A DNA stretch of 64,000 nucleotides from an uncultured Acidobacteriota bacterium (GTDB taxonomy: Bacteria > Acidobacteriota > Thermoanaerobaculia > Multivoradales > JAHEKO01), in NCBI GenBank assembly GCA_963713825.1, contig CAVQNG010000003.1, positions 1,024,001-1,088,000 of the forward strand. Direction: 5' to 3'. Below, piece by piece: positions 22,029 to 31,857 of this stretch (the stretch's first letter is position 1; every line of letters starts with the position of its first letter). The notes beneath the pieces are model-generated. The model saw only the letters and a program-made list of their open reading frames with translations. It was not told the DNA's origin and made no database searches. The position numbers and the translations under genes are program-made.

Positions 22029-22322
22029 TTAGCGGTACTTCAGCACCTCCATGAGCTCGTCGACGATCTCGTCCACATCACCACGCTGCTGGGCCGTGAC
22101 GACGTGGTCCCGCAAATGGCTCCGCAGGACGAGGGCTCCGACCTTGTCGAGGGCTCCGTTGACCGCCTTGATCTGCTTCAGGGCATCGACGCAGTAGACC
22201 GTGTCATCGTCGAGCATGCGGAGAATGCCCTCGACGTGACCCTTGATGGAGAGGAGTCTGCGGCGGGTGTCCTCGCGAGTCTTGGGGTCGAGATGAAGCC
22301 CGTGACACTCGGCGTGGTTCAT
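22029..22322 (-). CDS. csoR: CsoR/RcnR-family metal-sensing repressor
   Basis: [25 protein letters not shown] (Cys-His-His ligand set); lies between copZ and copA. Confidence 0.92.
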   Translation of the reverse strand: MNHAECHGLHLDPKTREDTRRRLLSIKGHVEGILRMLDDDTVYCVDALKQIKAVNGALDKVGALVLRSHLRDHVVTAQQRGDVDEIVDELMEVLKYR

Positions 22323-22522
22323 TGGACGACCTCGGCGCGATAACCCTCTTCCTCGACGGCAGCGATCAGCGCCGCGGTCTCGGCGTTGCCTTCGAGGAGG
22401 GCCTCACCCCGGTCGAGACTCACCTCCAAGACGGTCTCGACTCCAGGAACCCCTTCGAGAGCGCCGGAAACGGCTCGTACGCAGTGCTCGCAGGACATTC
22501 CGTCGATCTTCAGTTTCGTCAT
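22319..22522 (-). CDS. copZ: Copper chaperone
   Basis: MTKLKIDGMSCEHC HMA motif; AGGAG SD upstream. Confidence 0.92.
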   Translation of the reverse strand: MTKLKIDGMSCEHCVRAVSGALEGVPGVETVLEVSLDRGEALLEGNAETAALIAAVEEEGYRAEVVQ

Positions 22523-22554
22523 TGCTTGTTCTCCTGTCGGGTGCAGCGATTCGT

Positions 22555-22580
22555 CCCACCCCACCCGGGGAGGGGCATGG
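22555..22580. promoter_or_regulatory. Probable CsoR operator
   Basis: C-tract/G-tract pseudo-palindrome CCCACCCCACCCGGGGAGGGG ~35 nt upstream of copZ. Confidence 0.6.
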
Positions 22581-22635
22581 TCGCGATTCTAGAGCATGAT
22601 CGGGACTCACTTCGATAGACCTTGGGGGAATGTCG

Positions 22636-22842
22636 TCAGGCAGCCGTCCGGGCGGATGGCTCTTCTTCTATCGCCCGGTCACGGTTGGGGCAGGTGGCGC
22701 AGTTCAGCGATTGCCCATCAGGACCGAGGACGTCGGGGCCACCGCAAGAGCCTCGTAGGCAACGATTGCTCAGCAGCACGCCCACCGACATGCCCAGCAT
22801 GGCGACTGCGATGACCACGGCGCTCAGGATGAATAACTGCAT
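22636..22842 (-). CDS. nqrM: Na+-NQR maturation factor NqrM (DUF539)
   Basis: 68 aa, N-terminal TM, MSVGV...LRGSCGG...CATC; lies at the end of the nqr operon. Confidence 0.85.
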   Translation of the reverse strand: MQLFILSAVVIAVAMLGMSVGVLLSNRCLRGSCGGPDVLGPDGQSLNCATCPNRDRAIEEEPSARTAA

Positions 22843-22891
22843 CTCACTGATCCTAACAATTCCTACGGTGCGGCAATTCCTGAGTCCCGCC

Positions 22892-23938
22892 TCAATCCTC
22901 AGTGCGAGGCCTTCGCCGGAAAGACCTTGCCAGGGCTCGTGCAAAAGCACCCAATCGGACTTCCAGTGGATGGAGCCAATCGCGCAAGGGGGAATCGTAG
23001 AGGCGAAACAGTGCTCCCCTGAGGCTGGCTGGTGGTCGCCAACCGCGCCAATCGGTGCGGTCCAGATACTCGTAGAACAGCTCGTCGCTGGGTTTCTGAG
23101 CCCGGTAGTCCCATGGCTTGAGGCGTCCGCCGAAGTGAAAGATCCACGGATCGCGAGACATTTTCTCGACCGTGGCAGCGTCGAGGTGGCGGGCCGCCAA
23201 GCGGGGTCGTTGCAGGAGTCGGGGGTGGATCTGCCAACGTGGGTCGAGCTCGCCCCACCTGTCGTGGAGGACAGCGTTGAGCACATCCTGGTCGCCGAAG
23301 CGAATGCTGTCACCGAAACGGGCGACAAAGTCCGCCGCCGCACGAGGAATCTCGTCGCGACGCCATTTTGCGATATCGATCAGCATCACAGCTGAGTTCA
23401 GATAGGGGGCCCGAGGTGGAAGCCCGGCGCTCTTCCACTCGACCAGACCATCCGGATGCGACAGGGTAGGGACAAACGGGTCCCGCGTCGCCAGGGCATG
23501 ATGGTCGCCTAACGACTGTTGCCACAAGCGGCCCAGGTCGGTCATCACCAGGACATCCGGATCGAGGAAGATCAGGCGATCCCAGTCCTCCGGCACGTAG
23601 CTCGGGGCGGCAAGACGAGCCATGTAGATAGGCGCGAGCCCAGGCGCTTCTGGTAACTCGATCCGGCCTCCAAGATCTACTGGCAGCCACTCGACAGTCG
23701 TGCGTTCCAGATTCCACGATCGCAATAGGCGCTCTTTGGATCGGGCGGAAATCCCGTCTTCGATGATCCTGACCACCAGGGACTGGCCGGTTCCGAGGTT
23801 GTCGGTCATCGAGCGGACAGCCGCGGCGAGCCGCAGCAGATAGCTCTCCCGGCCGATCACCATCACCCGAACGGGATCCGCCATGGCGCGCTCTGCCTCG
23901 GAGCTTTCCGACGCGGCTTCTTCAGCGCTGGTCAACAA
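22892..23938 (-). CDS. Glycosyltransferase family 8
   Basis: ARL, FLDPDVLV (DxD), YLNSAVMLID, DQDVLN, HFGG.LKPW; start may be 23884. Confidence 0.9.
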   Translation of the reverse strand: MLTSAEEAASESSEAERAMADPVRVMVIGRESYLLRLAAAVRSMTDNLGTGQSLVVRIIEDGISARSKERLLRSWNLERTTVEWLPVDLGGRIELPEAPGLAPIYMARLAAPSYVPEDWDRLIFLDPDVLVMTDLGRLWQQSLGDHHALATRDPFVPTLSHPDGLVEWKSAGLPPRAPYLNSAVMLIDIAKWRRDEIPRAAADFVARFGDSIRFGDQDVLNAVLHDRWGELDPRWQIHPRLLQRPRLAARHLDAATVEKMSRDPWIFHFGGRLKPWDYRAQKPSDELFYEYLDRTDWRGWRPPASLRGALFRLYDSPLRDWLHPLEVRLGAFARALARSFRRRPRTED

Positions 23939-23948
23939 AGGGGGATTC

Positions 23949-25034
23949 TCAGTTTGCGACCAAGCTCGAGAACGCGGTTGTCCTGCGCTCCGCGAAGTCT
24001 CCAGCGGGACTACGCGTCAGGAAATAGGCTGCCAGACCGAGCTCTTCCGCCAGCTCATAGCCCTCGGGGCCGAGGACCAGCAGGGCGGTTGCGAACGCGT
24101 CTGCCTGCACGCACTCCCGATGGATAACCGTGACGGAGGCCACAGAGTGGCTGATGGGCCAACCGGTGCGAGGATCGATCGTGTGGGAAATGCGTTTGCC
24201 GCCCTCTTCGTAGTAGTTCCGATAGTCCCCAGAAGTGGCCATGGAGAGGTTCCTCAGCGGGATGACGACCTCAATCGCTTGCCGGCTGGGGTCGGGTTTT
24301 TCAATGGCGATCTGCCAAGGATTGCCGTTCGGGTTCGAGCCCAGGGTACGGATCTCGCCCCCGACCTCGACCATGTAGTGTTGGATGTCCTCGCTTTCCA
24401 GGGCTTCAGCCACCTGATCCACACCAAACCCCTTCGCAATCGCGGACAGATCCATGGTGAGCTGTGGAACGAGCTTGCGAACGGCAGGCCCGTCGGGCAG
24501 AAGCTGGAGGAACTCCCATCCGGTCATCATGAGCAATCGGTCGATGGCCTGCTGATCGGGTGCCTCGGTGGGCCTGCCGGGTGGTCCGAACCCCCAGGCG
24601 TCGACCAACGGTCCGATGGTGACATCGAAAGCGCCACCGGTGAGTTGGCTGATCCGGAGGGCGTGGTTGAGTACCTCGAAGGTCTCCTGTGAGATCGAAT
24701 AGGGCTCGACGCTGTGCCATTGGTTGAGCAGCGTCAATTCGGAATCGCCGAGGTAGTGGGACATCTTGGAGTTCACCTCGGCGAGCTTGCTCTGGATCAA
24801 CTTCTGGAGGACGGCTCGGCGCTCGTCGTCGAGGTCTTTGGCCACGACCTTGACCGTGTAATCGGTGCCCATCGTGGGCCCTGAGAACGTATGGAGCCGT
24901 GGCCCCTGGGGCCTCTGTCCGCAGGACAGGAGTAAACCTGTCGCCGCCAACAGGGGCAGCGACAGCCAGAGGAAGTAGGGCAATCGGGCAGTAGGGGCGT
25001 AGGGCTTCGAGACACTGCGGTCTATGCGGATCAT
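23949..25034 (-). CDS. apbE: FAD:protein FMN transferase
   Basis: TMGT, GAFDVTIGPL, DLSAIAKG, ATSGDYR, HTIDPRTG, ADAFATAL; lipoprotein LLSC. Confidence 0.95.
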   Translation of the reverse strand: MIRIDRSVSKPYAPTARLPYFLWLSLPLLAATGLLLSCGQRPQGPRLHTFSGPTMGTDYTVKVVAKDLDDERRAVLQKLIQSKLAEVNSKMSHYLGDSELTLLNQWHSVEPYSISQETFEVLNHALRISQLTGGAFDVTIGPLVDAWGFGPPGRPTEAPDQQAIDRLLMMTGWEFLQLLPDGPAVRKLVPQLTMDLSAIAKGFGVDQVAEALESEDIQHYMVEVGGEIRTLGSNPNGNPWQIAIEKPDPSRQAIEVVIPLRNLSMATSGDYRNYYEEGGKRISHTIDPRTGWPISHSVASVTVIHRECVQADAFATALLVLGPEGYELAEELGLAAYFLTRSPAGDFAERRTTAFSSLVAN

Positions 25035-25183
25035 TGCCGGATGGCCTTCCTGTCAGTTCCCATGCGAGAGGATCTCTCGTGAGACACCGTCCCTGACAGG
25101 TCTTGTCCTGTCCACCAACACCCTACTACCAGAGTACTAGGCCTGTCTGTGATCTCGGTGCTGGGGTCTGCGCCCCTGGGCCC

Positions 25184-25211
25184 CCAAGCCCCAGGACCCA
25201 AGTCCCAGGTC
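25184..25211 (-). repeat. Degenerate heptamer array (CCAGGAC family) x4
   Basis: ccaagcc ccaggac ccaagtc ccaggtc on +, ~16 nt past the nqrF stop. Confidence 0.75.
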
Positions 25212-25227
25212 GGATGGATGGGTGGGA

Positions 25228-26455
25228 TCACCCGAAATCGTCGTAGAGGACGTTCTCTTCTTCGACCCCCAGGTCCTCGAACATATTGCGGCAGGCCGAG
25301 AGCATCAGCGGCGGGCCGCACAGGTAGTACTCGATGTCCTCGGGGGCAGGATGGTCCTTGAGGTAGTTGTCGTAGACCACCTGATGAATGAAGCCGGTCA
25401 TGCCGGTCCAGTTGTCCTCGGGCAGCGGCTCCGAAAGCGCCAGATGCCACGTGAAGTTGGGGTGCTTCGCCGCGAGCTCGTCGAACTCGTCCTGATAGAA
25501 GGCTTCGCGCAAGCTGCGGGCTCCGTACCAGAATGTGATCTTGCGCTTGCTGTTCAGCCGCTTGAGCTGGTCGAAGATGTGGGAGCGCATCGGTGCCATG
25601 CCGGCACCACCACCGATGAACATCATCTCGGCATCGGTGTCCTTGGCGTAGAACTCGCCGTAGGGGCCGGAGATGGTCACTTCGTCACCCGGCTTGAGAT
25701 TGAAGATGTAGGAGGACATCTTGCCAGGTGGTGTGCCTTCGGGTGCTCTCGGCGGCGGCGAGGCTACCCGCACGTTGAGCAGAATGGTGCCTTTCTCCTC
25801 GCGGGTAGTTGGCCATCGAGTAGGCTCGCGTGACTTCCTCGTCCACCTTCGAAACGAAGCGCCACATGTCGAACTTGTCCCATTCTTCGCGGTACTCGTC
25901 GTCGATCACGAAGTCCTTGTACTTCGCTACGTGAGGTGGGCTCTCGATCTGGATGTAGCCGCCGGCCCGGAAGGGGACTTCGTCGCCTTCCGGGAGCTGC
26001 AGCTTGAGCTCCTTGATGAAGGTGGCGACGTTCTTGTTGGAGACTACGGTGCACTTCCACTTGCGGACACTGAAGACCTCGGGTGGCAGCTCGATTTCCA
26101 TGTCGCCTTTGACCTTGACCTGACAGGACAGGCGGACACCCTCTCGCGCCTCGCCCCGATTGATGTGGCTGACTTCGGTAGGCAGCATGGCGCCGCCGCC
26201 CTTCGTCACGGTGACCTTGCAGACTCCGCAGCTTCCCTTGCCGCCACAGGCCGAGGGGATGAAGATCTTGTTGCCCGACAGCGTGCCCAGCAGAGTGCTG
26301 CCCGCAGCTGTCTTCAGAGCCTTGTCCATATCGTCGTTGACGAGGATGGTCACCTCGCCCGTGGCCACCAGCTTGCTCCGGGCAACCATGAGGAACGCCA
26401 CCAACGCCACGATGACGAAGGTGAACATGAATACGCCGAGTGCGATGGTAGTCAT
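25228..26455 (-). CDS. nqrF: Na+-NQR subunit F (apparent +1 indel near 25801)
   Basis: [12 protein letters not shown] [2Fe-2S], [28 protein letters not shown]; one extra base separates NYP from [11 protein letters not shown]. Confidence 0.95.
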
Positions 26456-26459
26456 GGTT

Positions 26460-27077
26460 CTAGAGTTGGATTCCACCAAAGGCCATGAAGCCGATGGCCA
26501 TCAGGCCGGTGATAATGAATGTGATACCCAGGCCGCGCAGCGCAGCCGGAATGTCGTGATAGCGAAGACGCTCGCGAATGGCCGCCAGCGCCACAATAGC
26601 CAGGGCCCAACCTATCCCTGAGCTGATGCCGAAGACCGTGCTCTCGGCGAGGGTGTAGTCACGCTCCACCATCCAGAGCGATGCACCGAGAATGGCGCAG
26701 TTGACCGCGATGAGCGGTAAGAAGACACCCAGGGCGGCATAGAGCTTCGGCATATAGCGATCGAGCACCATCTCGACGATCTGGACCATGGCAGCGATGG
26801 TGCCGATGTAGGTGAGGAAGCCGAGAAAGGAGAGGTCGTACTGGGCCAGATTCGGGCTGATCCAGGCGAGCGCACCCTCTTGCAGCAAATAGTTGTAAAT
26901 CAGGTTGTTCATCGGCACCGTGATGCCGAGCACGAAGATGACGGCGGAGCCCAGACCGAGGGCGGTCTCGACCTTGCGGGAGACGGCGAGGAACGAGCAC
27001 ATGCCCAGGAAGAAGGCAAGGGCCATGTTCTCGACGAAGATGGATTTGACGGCGAGGCTCAGATAGTGCTCTACCAT
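26460..27077 (-). CDS. nqrE: Na+-NQR subunit E
   Basis: [35 protein letters not shown]. Confidence 0.96.
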   Translation of the reverse strand: MVEHYLSLAVKSIFVENMALAFFLGMCSFLAVSRKVETALGLGSAVIFVLGITVPMNNLIYNYLLQEGALAWISPNLAQYDLSFLGFLTYIGTIAAMVQIVEMVLDRYMPKLYAALGVFLPLIAVNCAILGASLWMVERDYTLAESTVFGISSGIGWALAIVALAAIRERLRYHDIPAALRGLGITFIITGLMAIGFMAFGGIQL

Positions 27078-27078
27078 C

Positions 27079-27702
27079 TCAGTCTTCCTCCACCTGGTCC
27101 GGTTTCCAGACCCTGAGGCCCCATATCAAGAAGCCGATAATGAAGAAGGCGGCCGGCGAGTACAGCATCATGCCGTTGGGGTTGTACCAACCACCATCCG
27201 AGACGAGAGGCATGACCTGTTTGCCGAACAGGGAGCCGGAGCCGAAGAACTCTCGCAGGAAAGCGGTGATCATCAGGATGAGTGCGTAGCCCAGGCCGTT
27301 ACCGATACCGTCCAACAGGCTCATGCCCGGTGGGTTGGCCATGGCGTAGGCCTCCGCCCGCCCCATGATGATGCAGTTGGTGATGATGAGACCGACGAAC
27401 ACCGACAGCTGCTTCGAGATGTCCCAGAGATAGGCCTTGAGGATCTGATCGGTGACGATCACCAACGAGGCGATGACCGTCAACTGGACGATAATCCGGA
27501 TGTTGGTGGGGATGCTATTTCGCATCAGGCTGATGAAGACGTTGGACAGCGTCAGCACGCAGATCACGGCGATGCTCATGACCAGGGACGTGTCCATGCG
27601 AGTCGTCACCGCCAGCGCCGAGCAAATGCCAAGCACCTGTAGGGTGATCGGGTTCTCGTTGAACAGGGGATCGACCAGCGCTTCCTGAGTCTTGCTTGCC
27701 AT
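27079..27702 (-). CDS. nqrD: Na+-NQR subunit D
   Basis: [37 protein letters not shown]. Confidence 0.96.
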   Translation of the reverse strand: MASKTQEALVDPLFNENPITLQVLGICSALAVTTRMDTSLVMSIAVICVLTLSNVFISLMRNSIPTNIRIIVQLTVIASLVIVTDQILKAYLWDISKQLSVFVGLIITNCIIMGRAEAYAMANPPGMSLLDGIGNGLGYALILMITAFLREFFGSGSLFGKQVMPLVSDGGWYNPNGMMLYSPAAFFIIGFLIWGLRVWKPDQVEED

Positions 27703-28477
27703 CAGGTCGCCCTCCTTTGCGAAAGGTTCTCAGGTAGGGGCCGAGGACCTCGTCCCCCAGCCAGAAGTGCACCAGGTTGGTGACCCCCCGGGCCGTGAGA
27801 GTGGCTCCTGACAGGCCGTCGACCCGGTAGGGGTCCTCGGCGGGCGGACCGGCAGGACCTTTGATCACCGTGATCTTCGGTTCGCCGTCGTCGCCGAAGG
27901 CTTTCCGACCCACCCAGCGCGCTTTCCATTTGGGGTTGTCCACCTCGCCTCCGAGGCCGGGCGTTTCGCCATGTTGATAAAACGTGATGCCGCGGACTGT
28001 GTCGACGTCGTTGTCGAGGGCGATAAAGCCGTACAGCGTGGACCAGAGTCCGTAGCCTTCGATGGGTAGCACGATGGCCTCGACCCCGGCATCGCCGAGA
28101 ACCTCGTAAACCAGCACGTCGTCCGGCAGCCGCTGGACCAGGGCTCGATTCGCCGGCGCGACGCTGCTCGTAGCCGGGTCCTTGGCCGCTCGAGCCTGAT
28201 CGAAGGTGACGGGGTCGATGTCCGCGTTCTCCTCACCGGTCTCGAGGTTGACGACAACCATGCGGATGTTGTCGAAGCGGTGTTGGACCTCGGCCGCGTC
28301 GACCTTTTCGCCGGCTTCCAGGAGGCCTGCCGCCAGCAGTACGTTGCGCTGCTTCTCGAGGGCGGCGTTGATGTCCTGGGCGGGCTTCAGGGAAACGGCT
28401 GCCGAGGAGACGACGATCGCACAGATGATGCAGACCGCCGTGGCGAAGAGGATCGTATAGAGCGCGTTACGTTGCAT
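27702..28477 (-). CDS. nqrC: Na+-NQR subunit C (apparent indel near 27712; native stop probably the TGA overlapping the nqrD ATG)
   Basis: [22 protein letters not shown] site DGLSGATLT. Confidence 0.94.
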
Positions 28478-29684
28478 AGCGTCGCATTCTCCGTTTGACA
28501 TTGCCGACCACCACGAAGTGGTCGATCAATGGGGCCATGACGTTCATGAGGAGAATTGCCAGCATCATGCCTTCCGGGTAGGCCGGGTTGACGACCCGGA
28601 TCAGCACGACGAGGACTCCGATCAGAAAGCCGTAGATCCACCGACCCTTGTCAGTCTGTGCCGCCGAGACCGGGTCGGTGGCCATGAAGACCATACCGAA
28701 AGCCCAGCCGCCGAGGACGAAATGCCACCAGAATGGGGTCGCGAAGAAGGGGTTCGTATCGGAGCCGATGGCGTTGAGCCCCAGCACCATGACGACAGTG
28801 CCGAGGACGACTCCGGTCATGATGCGCCAAGAGGCAACCCGGGTGACCAATAAGATGACCGCTCCGATCAGGCAGGCCAGAACCGACGTCTCTCCCATGG
28901 AGCCCGGAATGAAGCCCAGGAAGGCGTCTCTTAAGGAAACTCCCTGGGCGACGGCAGCCTGCCCCTGCTCGGCTGCCGTGGCCAGCCAGGTGGCCCCACT
29001 GACCCCGTCGGCGCTGGTTTGTGCGGCGATCCACACGGAGTCTCCCGAGATCTCAATCGGGTAAGCGAAGAACAAGAAAGCCCGGGACAGCAAGGCCACG
29101 TTGAGGAAGTTCATTCCGGTGCCGCCAAAGATCTCCTTGCCCAGCACGACGCCGAAACTGATTCCCATCGCGACCTGCCAGAGAGGGATGGTTGCCGGCA
29201 GAATGAGAGGGAAGAGAAAGCCCGTAACAAAGAATCCCTCGGCCACCTCGTGCTTGCGAATCGAGGAGAAGAGGACCTCCCAGAAGCCGCCAGCTGCAAA
29301 GGTCACGATCAGCACGGGGAAGAAATATAGTGCGCCATGCACCATGCAGGCCCAGATGCTTCCCGGGTCGAAGCCCAGACCCATCGCTTCCATGGCGCTG
29401 GTCTGCCAACGATCCAGGGGTGCTGCACCCTTGGAAATCGCCAGGTGAGCCTGGTAGCCGGTGTTGTAGAGCGCCATCAGGATGGCAGGAACCAGGGCCC
29501 AGACGACGGTCATCATCATCCGCTTGAGATCGAGGCCGTCGCGCACGTGGGACGGGCCAGTGGTCACCTTCCCCGGCGTATAGAGGATGGTGTCTCCGGC
29601 CTCCCAGAGGGCGTGCAGCTTCTCGAGCTTCCCGCCCGCCTCGAAGTGCTTGGCCTGTTGGTCTAGTAACGAACGGAGAGACAC
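28467..29684 (-). CDS. nqrB: Na+-NQR subunit B
   Basis: [23 protein letters not shown] site [24 protein letters not shown]. Confidence 0.96.
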   Translation of the reverse strand: MSLRSLLDQQAKHFEAGGKLEKLHALWEAGDTILYTPGKVTTGPSHVRDGLDLKRMMMTVVWALVPAILMALYNTGYQAHLAISKGAAPLDRWQTSAMEAMGLGFDPGSIWACMVHGALYFFPVLIVTFAAGGFWEVLFSSIRKHEVAEGFFVTGFLFPLILPATIPLWQVAMGISFGVVLGKEIFGGTGMNFLNVALLSRAFLFFAYPIEISGDSVWIAAQTSADGVSGATWLATAAEQGQAAVAQGVSLRDAFLGFIPGSMGETSVLACLIGAVILLVTRVASWRIMTGVVLGTVVMVLGLNAIGSDTNPFFATPFWWHFVLGGWAFGMVFMATDPVSAAQTDKGRWIYGFLIGVLVVLIRVVNPAYPEGMMLAILLMNVMAPLIDHFVVVGNVKRRMRRYAT

Positions 29685-29686
29685 GA

Positions 29687-31069
29687 TCAGCCTTCCTTTT
29701 CAATGAGAGTCAGGACGTCTCGCAGATACGGTCCGTAGTCGTTCTTGCCTGGACAGACGAAGGAGCACAAAGCCACGTCCTCCTCCGCCAGTTCGAGGCA
29801 ACCGAGCCTCTCGGCAGTCTCGACGTCGCGCATCAGCAGGGATTTGAGAAGTTGTGTCGGCATCAGGTCGAAAGGCATGACTTTCTCGTACGTGCCGATC
29901 GGTACGATGGCGCGCTTCGATCCATGTGTCGAAGTCGTGAAGGCGAAGCGCTTGCCTGGAATGAGAGCTCCCAGATGGGTCTTGACGACGGAGTACTTGT
30001 CGCTGCCAGGCGTCAGCCAGCCCAGGAATTCCCGTTCTCTTCCTTCGGCCAGCACGGTGAACTTGATTGTCGTAGCGACCCTAGAAATCCAAGCTCGTCA
30101 CCTCGCGCGATACGGCCGGAGAGCGCCGAGCCCGAGATGACCCGGACCTCACCCTCGCTGAGCTCCCCGTCCACCAGGGCATCGGTCGAGGCGCCGATGC
30201 GGGTGCGAAGCAGGCGCGGCTGCTTGACCATCGGCCCGGCGAGTGAGATGACGCGATCCAGATAGAGCTCACCCGAATCGAAGAGCTCGCCGATCGCCAC
30301 GACGTCTTGATATCCGAGATACCAGACCAACTTACTGCGATCGACCGGATCGAGTTTGTGAATGTGATAGCCAACGGTGCCGGATGGGTGTGGGCCACTG
30401 AACTGTTCGACCTGGATGCGACTTTCGTCGGGAAGGTCGAGTGAGATCCCAGGTTCGGTGCAAACGAAGACCGTGCCTTCGGTGAGCTTGGCGATCGCGG
30501 CCAGTCCGAGCTGGAAGCGGTGACCCTGGTCGGTCATGGCCACGGCGACCGACGGAGCCAGGGGATTGGAGTCGGTTACGGTGACAAAAATAGAATGGGG
30601 TTGACCCTCGGGATTGGCCACTCGAGCGAAGGGTCTGCCTCGCAGGGCCGTCCACATCCCCGATTCGATCAGCAGTTGCCTTACCGCGTCGCCGGCCAAG
30701 CTCGCCGGGTGCTTACCGGTGTAGTTGCTGAAAGCATACCTGCTCGGCGCCACCACTGCGGCCTTCGAGCTCGGATCGGCTGAGCTCGATGACCATGGAT
30801 TGGAAGACGCGTTTCTCGCCACGGTTGACCGCCACCACCTTGCCGGCTCCCGGTGCCGTGAAGCGAACTCCCGGCATCTTCTTGTCTTCGAAGAGCAGCT
30901 GACCGCGCTTGACGGTCTCTCCCACCTTGGCGTGCAGGGTGGGCCGAAGGCCGGGATAGTCGGCCCCCAGGAGGGCGATACGAGTGGGCGTGCGGGCGGC
31001 TTCGACCTGCTGTGTGGGCTCACCCTGAATGGGCAGACGCAGGCCACGTTTCGACTTGTGCAGTGCCAT
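29687..31069 (-). CDS. nqrA: Na+-NQR subunit A (three apparent +1 indels near 30737, 30080, 30060)
   Basis: [48 protein letters not shown]; start and stop are in the same frame. Confidence 0.93.
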
Positions 31070-31314
31070 CGGATTTGAGTTCCGCTGCGGAGTTAGGTCT
31101 ATTGGGGCGGCGGCTCCCGGCGTCGTCGACATGTGGGCGGGAGCACACCACGACTCGGGCCTTGATTCTTCCATCTTGTGAGAAAAAAGGCTAGCCATCG
31201 AACCCACAATCTCGTTCGCCCTCTGGTAGCATCGCGTTGGAGTCAGGTGATTGACAGCGGCTTCGCTTGTCCTTCGAAACGGGACGCCCGAAGCGGTTGC
31301 CAGGGAGGCGAGAA

Positions 31315-31857
31315 ATGGACAAGTCGAAGATCCCAACGGCCCGTCAACTCATGGAGAAGGTGCCAACCACCTTTCCTCCGGATATGAGCCTTGTCGAAGC
31401 CATCGAGACGCTGGCGGAGATGCACATTGCAGCGGCCCCGGTGGTCGATGACGACAAGTGCTTTCTCGGCATGTTGACCGACAAGGACTGCCTTCGCATC
31501 GTCTCGATCTCAGCGTTTCATCGACCCCGAGGCGGCAGGGTCGCAGACTTCCTGTCACCGGTATCGCAGGCCGTCGAGATCGAGATGGACCTGTTCCGAA
31601 TCGCCGAGATTTTCTTGACCACCCACTTCACCGTCCTGCCGGTTCTCGAGCGCGGCAGACTGGTGGGCTGCATCAACCGCGAGGGTCTGCTCAATGGCAT
31701 CACCTTCCTTACCAAGGTGTTGGAAGACGAAGGTGTCAAGGTCGAGGTGGAAGCCAGCGAGGCAATGGTGCGTCCGAGCTCGATCGGCGACCTGCAGCAG
31801 GCGTTCGCCAGGCTCTCCAAGGAACAGTTGGTCCGACGTGTCGGACGCCGCAGCTGA
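31315..31857 (+). CDS. CBS-pair domain protein
   Basis: APVVDD...GMLTDKDCL and LPVLE.GRLVG.INR; GGAGG SD. Confidence 0.85.
   Translation: MDKSKIPTARQLMEKVPTTFPPDMSLVEAIETLAEMHIAAAPVVDDDKCFLGMLTDKDCLRIVSISAFHRPRGGRVADFLSPVSQAVEIEMDLFRIAEIFLTTHFTVLPVLERGRLVGCINREGLLNGITFLTKVLEDEGVKVEVEASEAMVRPSSIGDLQQAFARLSKEQLVRRVGRRS

Noticed and set aside
27515-27701. NqrC C-terminal extension overlapping nqrD
   Set aside because: Better explained by one missing base in a run just before a TGATG junction
19733-31069. copA and nqr genes as pseudogenes or programmed frameshifts
   Set aside because: Catalytic motifs are intact, no slippery site plus structure was seen, and indels are scattered across unrelated genes
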